From Callorhinchus milii (lineage: Eukaryota): a stretch of 64,000 bases of DNA. The stretch is taken from NCBI RefSeq assembly GCF_018977255.1, contig NW_024704742.1, positions 23,190,001 to 23,254,000 of the forward strand, written 5' to 3'. The position numbers and the translations under genes are program-made. Every line of letters begins with the position of its first letter. Position 1 is the stretch's first letter. Positions 39,322-53,355 of the stretch are shown here, piece after piece. The notes beneath the pieces are model-generated. The model searched no databases. It saw only the letters and a list, made by a program, of their open reading frames with translations, and was not told the origin of the DNA.

Positions 39322-42128
39322 CGGAGTCCTGTAGCTTAGTGGTTAGAGCACTCACCTTGCAAGCGAGAGTACCTTGGTTTGATTTCGAGTTAGGCAAGCT
39401 TTCTTACTCCACACGCCTCTGTTTACCTAGCAATAAGTAGAACATAAGAATATAAGAACATAAGAATTAGGAGCAGGAGTAGGCCATTCGGCCCCTCTAG
39501 CCTGCCCCGCCATTCAATAAGATCATGGCTGATCTATTCTGACTCCACCTATCCGCCTTATCCCCATATCCCTTAATCCCTTTATCCACAAGAAATCTAT
39601 CAATCTCAGTCTTGAATATGTTCAAGGACTGAGCATCTACAGCCCTTTGGGGTAGAGAATTCCCTAAATTCACTATTCTCTGAGTGAAGAAATTTTTCCT
39701 CAACTCAGTGCGAAAGGGCTTACCCCTAATTTTAAGACTGTGACCCCTGGTTATAGTTTTTCCAACCAGGGGAAAAAGTCTCCCATTATCTATTCTGTCA
39801 TGCCGCTTAATAATCTTATAGGTTTCTATAAGATCACCTCTCATTCTTCTATATTCTAGAGAATATAGGCCTAAATTTCTCAACCTATCCTCATAACTCA
39901 TCCCCCTCATCCCAGGTACCAACCTGATGAATCTACAGTGTTCTCCCTCCAAGGCGAGTATATCCTTTCTTAAATAAAGAGACCAAAACTGACACAATAC
40001 TCTGGGTGCGGTCTCACCAGATCCCTATACAGTTGCAGCAATATTTCCCTACTCTTATATTCTAACCCTTTTGTAACAAATGCCAACATACCGTTAGCCT
40101 TCCTAATTGCTTGCTGTAGCTGCAAACTAACTTTTTGTGACTGGTGAACAAGGACACCCAAGTCCCTCTGAACGCTAACACTATCTTGTTTCTCCCCTTC
40201 TATAAAATAATCTGCTCTACTGTTTTTGCCACCTAGGTGCATGACCTCACATTTCCCTGCATTATACTTCATCTGCCACCTATTTGCCCACTCACCTAGC
40301 CAATCTATATCTTGTTGCATTTTTTTTATGTCATTCTCGGTGTTTACTCTCCCTCCTAGTTTAGTGTCATCCGTGAATTTGGATATATTAAGTTTGATGT
40401 CCTCATCTAGATCGTTGATGTAGATTGTAAATAGTTGAGGCCCAAGCAATGATCCTTGTGGCACTCTACTAGTCACATCCCGCCAATCTGAGAAGGACCC
40501 ATTTATCCCTACTCTTTGTTTTCTTCCCGTTAGCTATTCTTCAGTCCATGCTAATATATTCCCCTTAATTCCATGGGCCCTAACCTTGTGGATCAACCTT
40601 TTATGCGGCACCTTATCAAATGCCTTTTGGAAATCTAAATACACTACATCCACTGATTTCTCCTCTATCTAATCTACTTGATATGTCCTCAAAAACATCT
40701 AAAAGATTTGTTAAGCATGACTTTCCTTTTGTAAAGCCATGTTGACTCTGTCTAATCATATTGTGATCCTCTAAGTATCCCACTACGACATCCTTAATTA
40801 AGGATTCTAGAATTTTCCCTACCACCGATGTCAGACTAACTGGTCTATAGTTCCCCATCTTTTCTCTCCCAACCTTCTTAAATAGTGGTGTGACGTTTGT
40901 GATCTTCCAATTAATGGGAACCGTTCCAGAATCCGAAGAATTTTGGATCAGACACAAGGTCTCCACTATCTCATGAGCTACCTCTTTTAAAATCCTAGGA
41001 TGCAAACCATCAGGTCCAGGGGACTTGTCACTTTTTAATGCCAACAATTTCCCTAGCACCAATTCTTTGCTAATGTAAATTTCTCTACGTTGCTCCCTAT
41101 CATTAGCCCTTTGGTTCATCTCTATTTCTGGTAAACTTCTTGTGCTTTCTAACATGAAGACAGAAGCAAAGTATTTATTTAGGGACTTTGCCATATCCTT
41201 ATCCCCCATTATAATTCCTCCTGTCTTTGCCTATAATGGACCCACATTTATTTTTGCTAGCCTGTTCCTCTTAATGTATTTATAAAAACTCTTACAATCT
41301 GTCTTAATGTTCCTAGCTAGCTTGCCCTCATAATCCATTTTCTCACTCCTAATGAGCTTTTTGGTTTTCCTTTGTTGGTCCCTAAAACACTCTCAGTCCT
41401 CGGGTTTGCTACTCCTTTTGGCAGTTTTATAGGTCTTTTCTTTTAGTTTTATACTTTCTCTAACTGTTCTAGTTCGCCACGGATGAACTGCTTTCCCTGC
41501 GGTACTCTTATTCCTCAAGGGAATATGTGACCGCTGAGAATTTTGCACTACATCTTTAAACGTTTGCCACTGTTGGTCTATTGTCATATCCATTAATCTA
41601 ATTCCCCAGTCTATTTTAGCTAATTCTTCCCTCATACCTGCAAAGTTAGCTTTATTTAAATTTAAGACCCTTGCTTCGGATTTGACTATATCGCTCTCTA
41701 ACTTAACACTAAATTCTATCGTGTTATGATCACTCTGCCCTAGAGTAGCCTTAATATCTATATTACCGACTAGCCCTGTTTTGTTACACAAAACAAGGTC
41801 TAGGATGGCCTGTCCCCCAGTTGGTTCCTCACCATACTGTTCCAGAAAGCTATCTCTCATACACTCTATAAACTGTAGTAGGAACCCGGTTGTTAGTCGA
41901 TTGGTGGATTGCTTTTCCAGGGTTAATAATTCCTTCAAAAAAATAATAATCATTTGGTCACTCAATCCACGACTGTTTATGAGACACTGCTGTGAGCAAT
42001 TGGTTGCCACGTTTCAACCACAAAATATACAGTCAATTCACTTTACAATATATTCTGTGAAGTACTATGAGACGCTTAGAAGACGCAAAAAAACGCTATA
42101 TCAGATGCAAGGAATATTATTATTATAT
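39322..42128 (+). mobile_element. tRNA-derived SINE split by a CR1 insertion (head 39322-39440, remainder 41877-42128)
   Basis: The halves join to match the uninterrupted copies at 23622 and 49681. Confidence 0.85.
39441..41876 (-). mobile_element. 5'-truncated CR1 LINE (~2.4 kb), decayed ORF2 from endonuclease end through RT to 3' tail
   Basis: Four frameshifted ORFs: [60 protein letters not shown]; aacataag-type terminal repeats; AGTAG at both junctions. Confidence 0.95.
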
Positions 42129-42274
42129 TGGTCCCCTCATCCAAGTGGTCTTGATTCACCCTTAAACGTAGACAGAGAGTCCTGCCAGGCTAACTCAACA
42201 GTAGCAGAGCTGAGCCTGATCATGTCCTCACTCGAAGGTCACACTTGCACCTCCTCCAGTATGAGTCATTAGAT

Positions 42275-42432
42275 ATTGATCAGGAAGGTGGGAACCCTAC
42301 CTGATTTTTTTCTCCCTTCCGAGCATTAGAAACAAATGTAGCTCCTCTACTGTTGCCCCAGTAGAGATCAGGTAACTCAGGACAGAGCAGTGATCGACCC
42401 TGGCACCTTTTGGGTCTATGGCTCAATTTCAC
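42275..42432 (-). mobile_element. Possible ancient tRNA-like SINE fragment
   Basis: Minus strand tgagccatagacc..agggtcgatc..ctgagttacctgatctc..aaaatcaggtagggtttccc resembles an old vertebrate SINE head (from recall only). Confidence 0.4.
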
Positions 42433-43403
42433 ATTGATGTGATGATAAAAAGAAGCTTGATGCAGTGATGGGGGGGAGGAGCAACGGTAGAGTAGGTGTT
42501 CTGGAGGCACTTGAATGAATGGGCCAACCAATCTTGTGAACCCCTCTTCTTCCCCTTTTTGCCTCTGTGATGTTTGCCTCTGTTGGGCCCAAATGGACGT
42601 AGATAATAATCCTTGCGTTTGATATAGCGCCTTATCAGGTCTTTTGAGACATCTCAGTGTGCTTCACAGAACTTAATGTAAAGTGAATTGACTGCATATT
42701 TTGTGGGAGAAACACGCAGCTAACCGTGCACAGCAGTGTCCCACAAACAGTCATGGATTGAATGATCAAATTATTATTATTATTATTTTATTTGTGTAGA
42801 CGGGATGAACTGTCAATCAGAGCTCTCACCTGCCCCTTAGGTTAGGCTCCATTGCTGGAACTAACAAGCTGCCTCCTCAAATCTTGTTTTTTGTGAAGAA
42901 TTCAAGTGTTTAATACTTAGTTTGTGAAAATTTGAAGGAAAAATATCGAGAAGTCACCCTGTGGACTCTAGCAGATCAGATGCTAGCTTCTTGTCCTGCA
43001 ATCATGTTCCTGCCTCGGGCTATCTTTTCCAAGCAATGTGAAATGTTGCTCATCAATGTTCTGGATGTTGTAATTTTCATAAAATGTATTTTCAGGTGAA
43101 AACCTTTCACTATAATTCACCCTCGGAATAAAGGTTATAGACAAGTGATTGTTGATTAGCAATGGACCAGGTCAGAATCCAATGTCACCAAGTCTGGCTT
43201 CTTTGTTAACAGTTGTTGAGCCAAAAGCATTCCGTGTAAATACATGATGGAGCAGCGGAAGCATTTGACCACATTGTTAAAGATTCTCAGGAGAGTGAAA
43301 AATATTATCAGCTGTGCATGGTGTATCGTAAAAGATTCTCAGAAGATTGAAAATTTGTACCAGTTGTATAACAAAAGCACTTTTATATTTATCTTTTACT
43401 TAG

Positions 43404-43461
43404 ATCCAGTGGCAAGGAGTATGCACTGAAAATCATTGATAAGGCCAAATGCAGTGGGAAG
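43404..43461 (+). CDS. DCLK2: DCLK2 exon, catalytic Lys (subdomain II)
   Basis: ttacttag|ATCC...GAAG|gtaag; 58 nt; SSGKEYALKIIDKAKCSGK. Confidence 0.96.
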
Positions 43462-44933
43462 GTAAGAGAAATCCTGATGTCTATTGCATTGCTGCACCAG
43501 ATCTTACCTGAAGACTTTCCTCTTCGACCATGCCTGTGATCACCTTTCTCTCCCCAGTTCAGTGTTAAATGACCTATTGTTCAATACTTCAAATGCTACC
43601 CTTAGTGAAGGGCAAGTTGCTTCAGTCACACGATTAGTTATTTTTGGAAAACATTTAATAAGACATCTGACACCCACAAATCTACCGATTTGTTTAAAAG
43701 CCTGGAATACAGTGATAGAGGGCATTTGGGGGTTTTCTGCAGTGACAAAAGTGTCATCTTTAGTGAAGTGGAGTGGTATGAGGCACTCACTACTTCATCT
43801 GCATTCTGTTGAAGCTCAGCAATGAGAGAAACCTGGCACAAAATGCAGTAAAATTCCAATTTGGTACTAAGCCACAATTCTGGCACAGAGTCAGCCAGTG
43901 TTATACTGGCTTAATGGTCTCATCAAACAGTAATATAACAGCGAACTGGGCTTTCATTAAAGGACAGTCTGAGTCTTTGAATTTTTCAGGAATGCTTCAT
44001 TTTCTCTACGACCTCTTGGACTTCTGTCTCACTTTTTAGTCTCACAACTGATAATCATGACTTAAAGAATCTACATTTTACTTTTATGGCTTTGGGAGAG
44101 TGTATGTGGGGTGCATGTTGTGCACCACAGTTTCTTATTGTATTAGGTATCTTTGTTTTTTGATGTCTAATACAAGATCATGCAATTGGTTCAGATAAAG
44201 AAGGCCCTTCAACACATTTGAACTCATTCTCCCAGAATACCCACCTACTTATGATCCTCCCAACACAGCCTCAAGATGTTTTTTTTAAATGACTAGAGTC
44301 CTGGCTGCAATCACCATTTCATTGCAGTTCCAGTTCCAGTGTTCCAGCTTTTAAGAAGTATTTTTTGATGGCTGTCCTAAATTGCCCTTGGTGGCCCTAA
44401 ACCCGTGTTCTGCTATGTGAATGCATCCCAAAATATTATTCTGTGTTAACTTGCTTAATTCCATTACAAAATCTAGTGCACCTCTATAAAATCCCCTCTG
44501 TGAGGTGTTTTTTCAAGAATGAAAAGCCCAATCATTGCTCATAGCTCATTCTTTTATATTTTATATTCTATATATATTATATATTATAGTGAAAATCATT
44601 GCACATAGCTCATTCAATGATATATTATAGTGAAAAGCTCTATATCAAATGCAAGGATTATTATTATTATTCCTCCAACACTGGGGATCAAGCACAACAT
44701 ACAACTACTTGCTATACTGAAAGTGCTGATCCTCTCTGCAACTTGGCTGATTTGCAATATGATGTTTCAGATTATTTTGGCAGTATGAGAGACCATTGCA
44801 GTATTTCTCTTGATCTGAATGGGATGTGGAGGTGTGCTGCCTGTGCTGCAATTTGCCTTCTAACAGTAATATGTCAGCATGGCCTCACTGTTCTCATTGC
44901 TGTGAGATCTCGACATTATGTTTTGACATTTAG

Positions 44934-45053
44934 GAGCACCTGATTGAGAATGAAGTCGCAGTCCTGCGGAAGGTCAAACATCCCAATATCATCATGTTAA
45001 TCGAAGAGGCGGACACACCCACGGAACTGTACCTGGTGATGGAATTAGTCAAG
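44934..45053 (+). CDS. DCLK2: DCLK2 exon, kinase subdomains III-V
   Basis: catttag|GAG...AAG|gtaag; 120 nt; [40 protein letters not shown]. Confidence 0.97.
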
Positions 45054-46963
45054 GTAAGAGGGTTTAAGAGATTGGAAGTTACACAACACTGCCCTCAATA
45101 AATAAAGGATAGTAGGAATCAGCGGGCTAAGCCCTTGTGTAGAGAAACTTGTTTATTTTACCACAATAGTGTTTGATAAAGTGCACTCTATGCGATCAAT
45201 ATGTGGTTATTTCTAATGACTCGACAATAATCGAAATTTGTTGTTCAAAATTGATCATTCTTTTCACGGCTGTTCGTGGGACAATGCTGTGCACAAATTA
45301 GCTGCCACATTCGCCTACAAATATACAGTCACTACACTTCACAGTGAAATCCCATGAAGTGCTTTGGTATATTGTGACAAAGTGATAAGATGCTATATCA
45401 CTACAAGGATTAAGATATATTACTATCACATCACTGAGTTTCTTCTCTGGTTCTCAATTCACCCCTTCCTGACAAAATGTTTTAGTATTCAAAAAAACTG
45501 TTGTGGAGATGCACTAATAGTTATGGTGAACCACATTATGGCTCCCCCCTACCCCACCCCACCCCCACCACCCTTAATTTAGTTTATTTCCCTTTAACTA
45601 ATGACTAATTTTCTTCGCCAACATTTTGAACCTTTTTATTTAAAGAAAAACATACAATGCTCATATTAAATTCCGATTATTTTGTCTCTTCAATCTCAAA
45701 TGAAACCTTATCCTGAAAACAATTACACAGTTGAAGGCTGTTTACAGGAGCTTCATGATGAAAATGTAATTGTCCCCATCAAGCAAAAGCCATCAGTACC
45801 AGTATATTAGTAATAAAGTGGCTCCCGAGGGAGAGCCACCTATTAATCCCATCTCTGTTAACTGCCATCGACCACATTAAAGATGTTGCATTTATTAAAC
45901 TAGGGTTATATGCAAGAGTGTTTTATCTGCATGTCCATGGTTATTTAATGTGCCCCCTCTGGATTTTACCTTCAATTATGCTCTGCTTTTTATTGCTGTG
46001 CAATGGAAGCTCACTTTCCAGCACATGCTACACCATAGGCAGTGTGTGGAGACACTGTTTCTAACATTGCATTGGAAGGAAAAATGAAGAGTAGCCCCTG
46101 ATCAACCCCAACATGGGTTGTTTTGTAATCTCTTCATTCCTAATGAATAAACAGATATTGTACATGTCATTAACTGATAAGAAAAAGGATATTGGAGAAG
46201 GAATGTCAGGTGCAAGGGTTATTTCTAAATTTATCTTCCTAGTTAAGTTTTTTAAGAAATCAATATCTGGTACCACTGGTGGTCTGAGGTATCCCATTAG
46301 GTTCATCATTTGGCAGCAATCAGTGAAAGATGCCATTTGCCGGGTTTGGGAATCGAGATAATTCTTTGAATGTGGAATTCTGGTCACACACAGAAACATT
46401 CAATATATAGACAAGTTATGGCCTTTGTGTTCAATATGATTAACGTTCCCTGCAATTATTCGCTGAGCAGTCCTGAACGTGACTTTGCAGCCTGGTGTCT
46501 TAGTGGGAAGGCAGCTGGGAGGGTACTTTGAAAGGATGAGATCAAAGTGAAGCCCTTCTTCGTCTAAAGCTCCCTTGTGGTTTGTGAATGGTTTTGATCA
46601 GGTAAATAAAAAAGACTGTTTCCACTGATTGGCAAGTCAGTAAAAAGAGGGCACGCATTACCTTACGGAAAAGGGAGAGGAGGTTATAAGATTTTTTTTG
46701 TGTGTGTTTAAATGATGAATGCTTAATCACAGCGTCTGTTCATAAAAAGCACATAAAAGGGAATTCGACAAGGAGGAAAAATAATATTGGCGGGATCAGG
46801 TAATCTCAAAGCGCTTCACAGAATATTCAGAAAAGTGAATGGGATTATAGCTCCATTGGTTGGGTCAAGATTGGAAAAGAAGGCCTTTTGGCCCATCCGA
46901 TCTCATCCACCCAGGACACCCACCCTGTCTCCCAATCACTACATCAAGCTGCTTTTTAAATGA

Positions 46964-47188
<225 letters not shown>

Positions 47189-48964
47189 TGAGAGAAGTAC
47201 AATAAGCGATGCTATTGTATCTGCGTGCTGGAAATGAATGGCGAAGAACCAGCAAATTGTTCAATGATCATTTTATCAAGATTGAACAAAGTGTCAGAAA
47301 GATTATTTACTCACATTATACCTGGCTCCGTTGGTAGCCCTTTCATGACTGAGTCAGAAGGTTGTGGGTTCAAGCCCCATATCGGAACTTTAAACTCTCA
47401 AAGTCTAAGCTGATACTCCAGTACTTTGCTGGTGGTGGGGGGAGGGGGGTTGTAGTCAGAGGTGCCATCCTTTGGATAAGACGTTAGAGATCCCATGAAA
47501 AGAGAAGGGAATTGCTCCTGGTGTCCTGGATAACAATCCCCTGGATAAAAAAAAATGTATTCACTTTACAACTGTTTGAGAGACATTGCTGTGCTACATT
47601 GCTACTGCATTGCCAAATCTACAAAGTCCACCCGAAACTAAAAATTACCTAAAAATACAATCACTACATTCTCCAGAAAACTCTTTGAAGCACTTTGAAT
47701 AAACCATGTGCAAACATTTTATGGGTTGTAACCACATATTTAAAAGAACTTGTAAATCCCTCTGTCCGCACTGGTTTACACATTTTTTATACAACTCACA
47801 TAACGGAAAAATAGTGTACTTTTGCGCATGATATGCACAATGTGCTTAATGGACATCCACATGAATAAATAATAATCATTGCTTTGGTGTCATCACATCA
47901 TTGAAATGTTGTGTAGGCTACCGTGAATTATAGGTGAATGCGGCAGCCAATTTTTGCACAGCAATGGCCACAAATAGGCATACAAGACCAGAATTTAATG
48001 AATTTAACATGCCCTTCACCCTCCCCCATCCCGACTCCCAGCTCGGGTCCGTAACTTTGTCTGCCCAGCGCCTTGGGACGTCCTCCCGACGTGAAAAGCG
48101 TTATGCAAATGTAATTTTTTTGTTGTTGTTGTACATCTGTGTTATACTGGTTGCTGTCTCTCTGTGTTCCATTGGCTGTACATCTCTCTGTGTCACACTG
48201 TTACACTTACTAGCTATGTCTCATGTAAGAGAAGAAAGGAAGAGACTGAGCTCAGAGAATCAAGTGAGCTGAGAGTATATGAGAGAGAAAGAGAGAGAGA
48301 GATGGGGGGAGGGTTAGGTTTCTAACCAGCTATCTTCAGTGACCTGTTCAAATGCTGTTAGCCTGTTTTCACATTCCCTAAGGCTATCTGGAAGCACTCT
48401 TGTTAACCTCCTACATTTTGAACCCTTGCTGAACCTTCCTGTTCTTTACTACACGAGGTATCTGAGACAAAAGGACAGGTCACTGTTCCGAATCCGACTC
48501 TACAGTAGAAATGAACGAGTGGTGAGGCAAGCCCTTCTCGAAGTCTGATGCTTTGTGACAACCTTTCCCCAGCCATTGTTTTACTTCTGATTATAAAGAC
48601 AGCCCAAACTTTACCATTCTCGTTCAGATGCTCACTGACCCACTATTCATTTTGTATTTTTATTTGAGATTTTCCAGGCATTTGAAGCGTTTCTCATGAT
48701 ATTTTTAGGTAACAGGCACCAGCGTAAATAGCTCGTCTCATTCTATTCATGCGCCTAATGTTCAGCTGCTTTATGTAGGGTGACCACAAAGTTGTGATAT
48801 CATTACAATGTCTAATAAGTCTTAAAGAAATGATGATATTTTAATTTTATTTTGGATAATAGGGTAGATATCACGACTTTTTAGTCACCATGTAGAAGAG
48901 GAGTATTCAGTATATAAATATAACAGCACAGATTATCCAAATAGGAACTGCTTCTCGACTTCAC

Positions 48965-49475
48965 TAAGCATTGAATGCAAACTATCCAAAACTCTGCAGC
49001 CTGTATCCTCTCTCATACCAAGATCGTAATCCTATCACTCTCATCCTTGCTCGACTCCACTAACTCTCCATCCCCCAGTAGATTGAATTCCAGATCTTCT
49101 TTTGCTCCACTGTTTCGCCCCACTTTACCTCCATAACCTCCTTCAACCCTAGCATCCTGGTGTTCCCTTCATTCAGCAAATCCCAACCTGCTTTATATTC
49201 CCCCGTCAGAACCACCCCACCACCCAGTCAGTCTTTCAGCCATTCTGCTCCTTCTCTCTGGAACTCCATCCCGGAGTCCCTCCGATTTGCTCCCTCCATC
49301 ATCTCATTCAAGATCTGCCTCAAGACCTACCTCTTTGACCGTGCTTTCGGTCATTTATTGCCCTCCTCACCCCCTTCGTCTCCCACCCCCAGCTCGGGTG
49401 CCTCGCCAGCAGTGTCAGAAACTTTGAGCCATCCATTCAATGTGAAAGGTAAATACAAATTGTACTGTGTTGTAC
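48965..49475 (+). mobile_element. L2 3' fragment
   Basis: tccaaaactctgcagcc..ctggaactccatccc..aagacctacctctttgacc..gtgaaagg. Confidence 0.85.
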
Positions 49476-49680
49476 CTTGACGCAGAGAGCTTTTCAGATT
49501 ACAGTATAAAGATTCAGTCAATACCGGCCCTTCATTTAAAAAAACACTTTCCGGAATTATTTCCCACTGTTTGTCCAGCAAGGAATAACCGAACCTGTTC
49601 ATGCAACGGCTTGCAGGGTTTTCAGAGATCCAGAGGGAAGTATCCCAGCCCAGTCACATGACCTGTAGCATAATGGCATC

Positions 49681-50037
49681 GTGAAGTACTGGAGCGTATT
49701 GGTAAGAGCACTTGCTTTGCAAATGAGAGGATCTAAGTTCGATTCCCGGGCGGGGAGAAACCTTCAGCAAATTTCCTTATTTCAAATGCCTCTGCTAACC
49801 TAGTAGCAACTAGGAATCCAGTCAATGGGTAGATCACTTTCCGGGGTTAATAATCCGTTTTTAAAAAAATTTGGGTCAATCACTGTTTATGGGACACTGC
49901 TGTGTACAGTTGGCTGCCGTGTTTCACCCACAAAATATACAGTCAATTCACTTTACAGAATATTCCGTGAAGCCCTTTGAGATGTCCCAACAAAGTGATA
50001 AGACACTATCAAATACAAGGATTATTATCATTATTAT
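49681..50037 (+). mobile_element. tRNA-derived SINE (longer variant)
   Basis: gttcgattcccgg B box, Deu-like body, (TTA)n tail. Confidence 0.85.
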
Positions 50038-50300
50038 GTCTAACCCTCTTCATTGATGCCATGAAAGTTACAACAACAACTCACATTAATATAGAGGTCT
50101 TTACCCCGGATGACATCTCGGAGCACTTACCACAATAATCCCCCACTGCCACCACCAGATCATACTATCACTGTAATGCTTATGGCGTCTAGAAGCATGT
50201 CCTAGTTTAACGCAAATGCAGCCTGTAGTACAGCCCTGCTGAGTTGACCTCAATCCATGGAGCCTAACAACGAGCTCTCTGTAGCTCTATCAGCGCCATA

Positions 50301-50974
50301 GTGCGCTTACTAAATAAAATCACATTAACTTCAAAGCAGAGCATCACATCCAATTTCAACATCATATGTGTCCAGATTTTCAGCCCGGGACAGCAGTGAC
50401 GTTAACAAAACGGTCGATAAGACATGCTCCAGCGCCTTGGGACGTCATCCCGACGTGAAAGGCGCGATACAAATGTAATCTTGTTGTTCGTTGTTGTAGT
50501 GGCCGGACAGAATACCCGTTCTTTTAACAAAATTCTGCAAGGTCCATCCCGACACTCTGCAGACTCACCCACAGACCAGAAATCAATGGCAAGTTCCATC
50601 TGCTCACTTGAGTGAATAGACTGAAGGTTAAAAGCAAAGGTAGCCGCGAAACACATTGGCGGACGCACTGCAGTGGCTGCTCGGCTGATTGAACACTGGA
50701 AAATCAGAATTGGCTTCTACCTAAGACCACCTAATGCTTGTTCCTTTTATGGTATAGAGTGGGAAATGGCATCTGCTTCCACTTCACCCCACTACAGATT
50801 GTATATATATCACAAGGGATACTTCGCTTGTGGTAGCCATGGAAACAATACAGGTGCGCTTACTGAATAAAATCACGTTAACTTCAAAGCAGAGCACCAC
50901 ATCCAATTTCAGCATTTTGTCCAGATTTTCAGCCCGGGACAGCAGTGAATGTTAACAAAACGGTTGATAAGACA
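50301..50974. repeat. ~120-bp direct repeat (50301-50424 / 50854-50974)
   Basis: gtgcgcttact.aataaaatcac...cgg.tgataagaca-like block present twice. Confidence 0.92.
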
Positions 50975-51107
50975 AAGTTTACCTTCACATTTAGGTGTCA
51001 GCCTGGCTCCGTTGGTAGCACTCTGAGTCAGATGCTTACGGGTTTCAGTCTCACGTCGGGACTTTGAGCTCACAGTCTAGGCTGACACTACAATCCAACG
51101 CTCAGGT

Positions 51108-51459
51108 GTACAGCCAGTGTAACACAGAGAGATGTACAGCCAGTGTAACACAGAGACTGTACAGCCAGAGTAACACAGAGACTGTACAGCCAGAGTAACA
51201 CAGAGAGATGTACAGCCAGTGTAACACAGAGAGATGTACAGCCAGTGTAACACAGAGAGATGTACAGCCAGTGTAACACAGAGAGATGTACAGCCAGTGT
51301 AACACAGAGACTGTACAGCCAGTGTAACACAGAGAGATGTACAGCCAGTGTAACACAGAGAGATGTACAGCCAGTGTAACACAGAGAGATGTACAGCCAG
51401 GGTAACACAGAGACTGTACAGCCAGTGTAACACAGAGAGATGTACAGCCAGTGTAACAC
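51108..51459. repeat. Minisatellite, 25/26-bp unit, about 14 copies
   Basis: gtacagccagtgtaacacagagagat / gtacagccagtgtaacacagagact. Confidence 0.97.
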
Positions 51460-51917
51460 CAAGCCACTTTGAATAGCACCATGGGATCTTTAACGTCCAC
51501 CTGAACAGGCAGATGGGCCTTCGGTTTAACGTGTCGACCGAAAGACGGCACCTCTGACAATGCAGCACCACGCCTCCCTTCCCCCAGCACTGCAATGGAG
51601 TGTCAGTTTAGACTATGTCCCAACATGCGGTTTGGACCCACAACCTTCTGACTCAGAGGCAGGATCGCTCCCACTGTGCCAGGCTGACGCATGATTACTG
51701 TGTAATTACTGTAAAGCACTTTGAGACACTTCAATATTACAGACGCTGTTTGAAATGTCAGGATCATTACTATTATTATGATTTAAAAGGGACGGACAAT
51801 GCATCCTCTCAATCTGTACACTGAGCATCAGTGCGACATACACTTGCTGCCTGTCACCCACTTTCCATATTATTTTAGGCATTTGTTTCCTGTGCTGCAT
51901 TACTTGAGTTCTGTATT

Positions 51918-53355
51918 CAACAACAAAAACAACAACTTGCACTTATTAGCGATTGAGTAATCCAGGCGGGAGATGGCAAATGCATGCACGAGGGTTTCGG
52001 CCTCATTTGGGGTAAGGTACGGTCGGAGGTGGGCAATGTGGCGGAGGTGGAAGAAAGCGGTCCTGGTCAGGGCCCATATGTGGGGGAGGAGGGACAGCTG
52101 GGGATCAAATCGGACGCCTAGATTATGCACTGGTTTGGTAAGTGTGAGGGACGGGCCAGGAAGGTTGAGGAATTCAGTCCGCAGGAGTGAAGATGTTGGA
52201 ATATGGCTTCCGTCTTGTCCACATTCAGCTGCCGGAGGTTTGCACTCATCCAGGCCCTGATATCTGACAGAACATCGGCAGACCTGGAGTTTGTACTGGA
52301 GGAGGCAAAGTAGATTTGTGTGTCATCACAAACATGTGGAAGTTTACCCTGTGTTTGCGGATGACATCGCTCAGAGGGAGCATATAGATACTGAAAAGAA
52401 GAGGGCCAAGGATGGAGCCCTGGGGTATCCCGCAGGCGACCAGGCGGGAGGAGAAACCATTTGCCGAGATGAGATGGAGATGGTTGGTTAAGTAGGACTC
52501 GAACCATGTGAGTGTAGTCTCACTAAGGTGGATCAGGGAGGAGATGCGGTGGAGGAGGATGTTGTGGTCGACTATGTCGAACATGCAGAGAGATCCAGGA
52601 GGACCAGGAGGCAGAGGGAGCCCTGGTCATAGATAGAGAGAATGTCGTTTGTGACTTTGACAAGCGCTGTCTCTGTGCTGTGGGCAGAGTGAAACCAGGC
52701 TGCAGGGGCTCGAGGAAGGAGAGGTGTGACCGAAGTTGACCTGCAACAATGCAGTGCAGGACATTGGCAAGGAAGGGTAGGTTGGAAATGGGATGATAGT
52801 GTGAGAGATTAGAGGGTTCAAGGGTGTTTTTTTTGTGGAGGGGTGTGACAACAGTGGTTTTCGGGGGGAGTGGAACAGTACCTGAAGAGAGAGACTGGTT
52901 GACCATGTCGGCCAGCAGTGGGGAGAGGAGGGGGAGTTGAGTGACCAGCAGCTGGGTGGGGAGGGGGTCGAGACAGCAGGTGGTGAACTTCATGCGGGTG
53001 ATTGTGGTTGAGACGGAGGAGGGAGAAATGGGGGCAAAGGAGTGTAAGGAAAAAAAATAATAAATTGGTCTCTTCAATCACGACTGTCTGTGGGACACTG
53101 CTGTGCGCAATTGGCTGCCGCATTTCGCCCACAAAATATACAGTCAATTCACTTCACAGTATATTCTGTGAAGCGCTTTGAGACGTCTCGAAGACGTGAT
53201 AAGGCGCTATATCAAATGCAAGGATTAGTATTAAGAGGGGGGAGTGGCAGGAGCCGTGACAGAGGGAGAAGGTGGTATGGATGGTCTGGGTGGATTGGAA
53301 GGTGACATGGGCGGAGAAGTCGATGCAGTCAAGTGGATGTTTTCAATCTTCGAAG
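51918..53355 (-). mobile_element. L2 LINE RT fragment with a + strand SINE 3' part inserted at ~53050-53230
   Basis: ORFs [54 protein letters not shown]. Confidence 0.92.

Noticed and set aside
39497..42010. RT/endonuclease ORFs as an active or domesticated gene
   Set aside because: 5'-truncated, frameshifted CR1 with an altered catalytic motif (FTDD)
51077..51595. Repeat array with ORFs open in three minus frames; superficially CRISPR-like
   Set aside because: Head-to-tail minisatellite with no unique spacers, in a vertebrate intron
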